Shown: positions 63,120-64,000 of the stretch, in pieces
Layout of the letters: every line of letters begins with the position of its first letter
How positions within the stretch are numbered: position 1 is the stretch's first letter
Source of the DNA: Octopus sinensis
Taxonomy: Eukaryota
NCBI RefSeq assembly: GCF_006345805.1
Contig: NC_042999.1
Location: 70,060,001 to 70,124,000 of the forward strand
Direction: 5' to 3'
Length of the DNA: 64,000 bases
The notes under the pieces: model-generated
Seen by the model: only the letters and a program-made list of their open reading frames with translations
Databases searched by the model: none
What the model was told of the DNA's origin: nothing
Made by a program: the position numbers and the translations under genes

Positions 63120-63348
63120 TTTTTTTTACTACCCACAAGGGGCTAAACACAGAGAGGACAAACAAGGACAGACAAATGGATTAAGTCGATTACATCTACC
63201 CCAGTGCGTAACTGGTACTTATTTAATTGACCCCGAAAGGATGAAAGGCAAAGTCGACCTCGGCGGAATTTGAACTCAGAATGTAACGGCAGACGAAATA
63301 CGGCTACGCATTTCGCCCGACGTGCTAACGTTTCTGCCAGCTCGCCAC
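63120..63348 (-). mobile_element. SINE family A
   Basis: Head, core and tail present. Confidence 0.85.
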
Positions 63349-64000
63349 CTTGGCGTGATGTATTACCAATACGGCCATACCGCAGGTTGCAATTGCAATC
63401 TACTATATTGCCAATTATCACTTTTATCGTTCTCGCAGTTGTTATTGTTGTTGTTTTTGGTCAAACGCATGCCAGGCGTGACCACCCGGCCATATTTTTC
63501 GGACATAATGTATCTAAGGCTACTGTGTCCTATTTAGGAAGTCGAGGTGTTATTGTCTGCTATTTAAATGTACATGCATCTATGCATGTGTGTGTCTGTG
63601 TGTAGTGAATATGTGCATATTTTATGCATGCAAAAACAACTCCACGAAAGACAGAAAAAAGAGTATTCAATAAGTATTGTAGAGTTTTGTGTATGGAAAC
63701 ATCCTAAACCGTTCCTTTTAGTTTCACGTTCCGAACTTCGGGCGGCAGTGGATGTTGGAACAAGTAGAAGTAGCTTATGCAACGAAACCTCCGTAAACTA
63801 GACACTCTTAAATAAGTATAACTTTTACCAGAACGAGATTCACTACAGAAGGACAATCATGCAATATTAATGTATGATACAATATAATAAATTATAAAAC
63901 CACCATAAACCAAGAATCCCCTTCTATTCAAAAAAGGGGCAAATATTTTTGTATAAAGGCGAACCCTGATTGGGTGCATAGCCGCCAAGTACATAATAAA

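Overview
Eukaryotic, AT-rich, microsatellite- and repeat-dense DNA. It is most likely octopus (coleoid cephalopod); this is an inference from SINE families recognised from memory, not from a search. Most of the window appears to be intronic to a minus-strand host gene. I can support two symmetrical phase-1 LDL-receptor class A (LDLa) exons (33023-33121, 24295-24399), both lacking Cys4, and one EGF/EB-like exon (21432-21510); a few further exons are weak candidates. Transposons include a near-intact CR1/L2-group LINE ORF2, a 5'-truncated Tx1/L1-clade LINE, three R4/Dong-type fragments, RTE fragments, Tc1 halves, several MITEs and many tRNA-derived SINEs. Most short ORFs in the track are microsatellite artefacts. 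No rRNA, true tRNA gene or CRISPR array was found. Main discovery candidate: three diverged, apparently non-coding units of about 560-630 bp (16.6-17.9 kb, 44.5-45.2 kb, 47.7-49.4 kb). Each carries one type I hammerhead ribozyme (HHR) per unit and, 93-106 nt downstream of the cleavage site, a shared multi-helix RNA domain with compensatory base changes that I do not recognise. Their duplication and fold-back junctions fall at or within 10 nt of the predicted cleavage sites, and all end in (TA)n. This fits a retrozyme-like / Penelope-dependent self-cleaving RNA family. Further HHR motifs occur in a tRNA-headed SINE and in an extremely AT-rich element. All structures were paired by eye; none has been folded computationally or tested.
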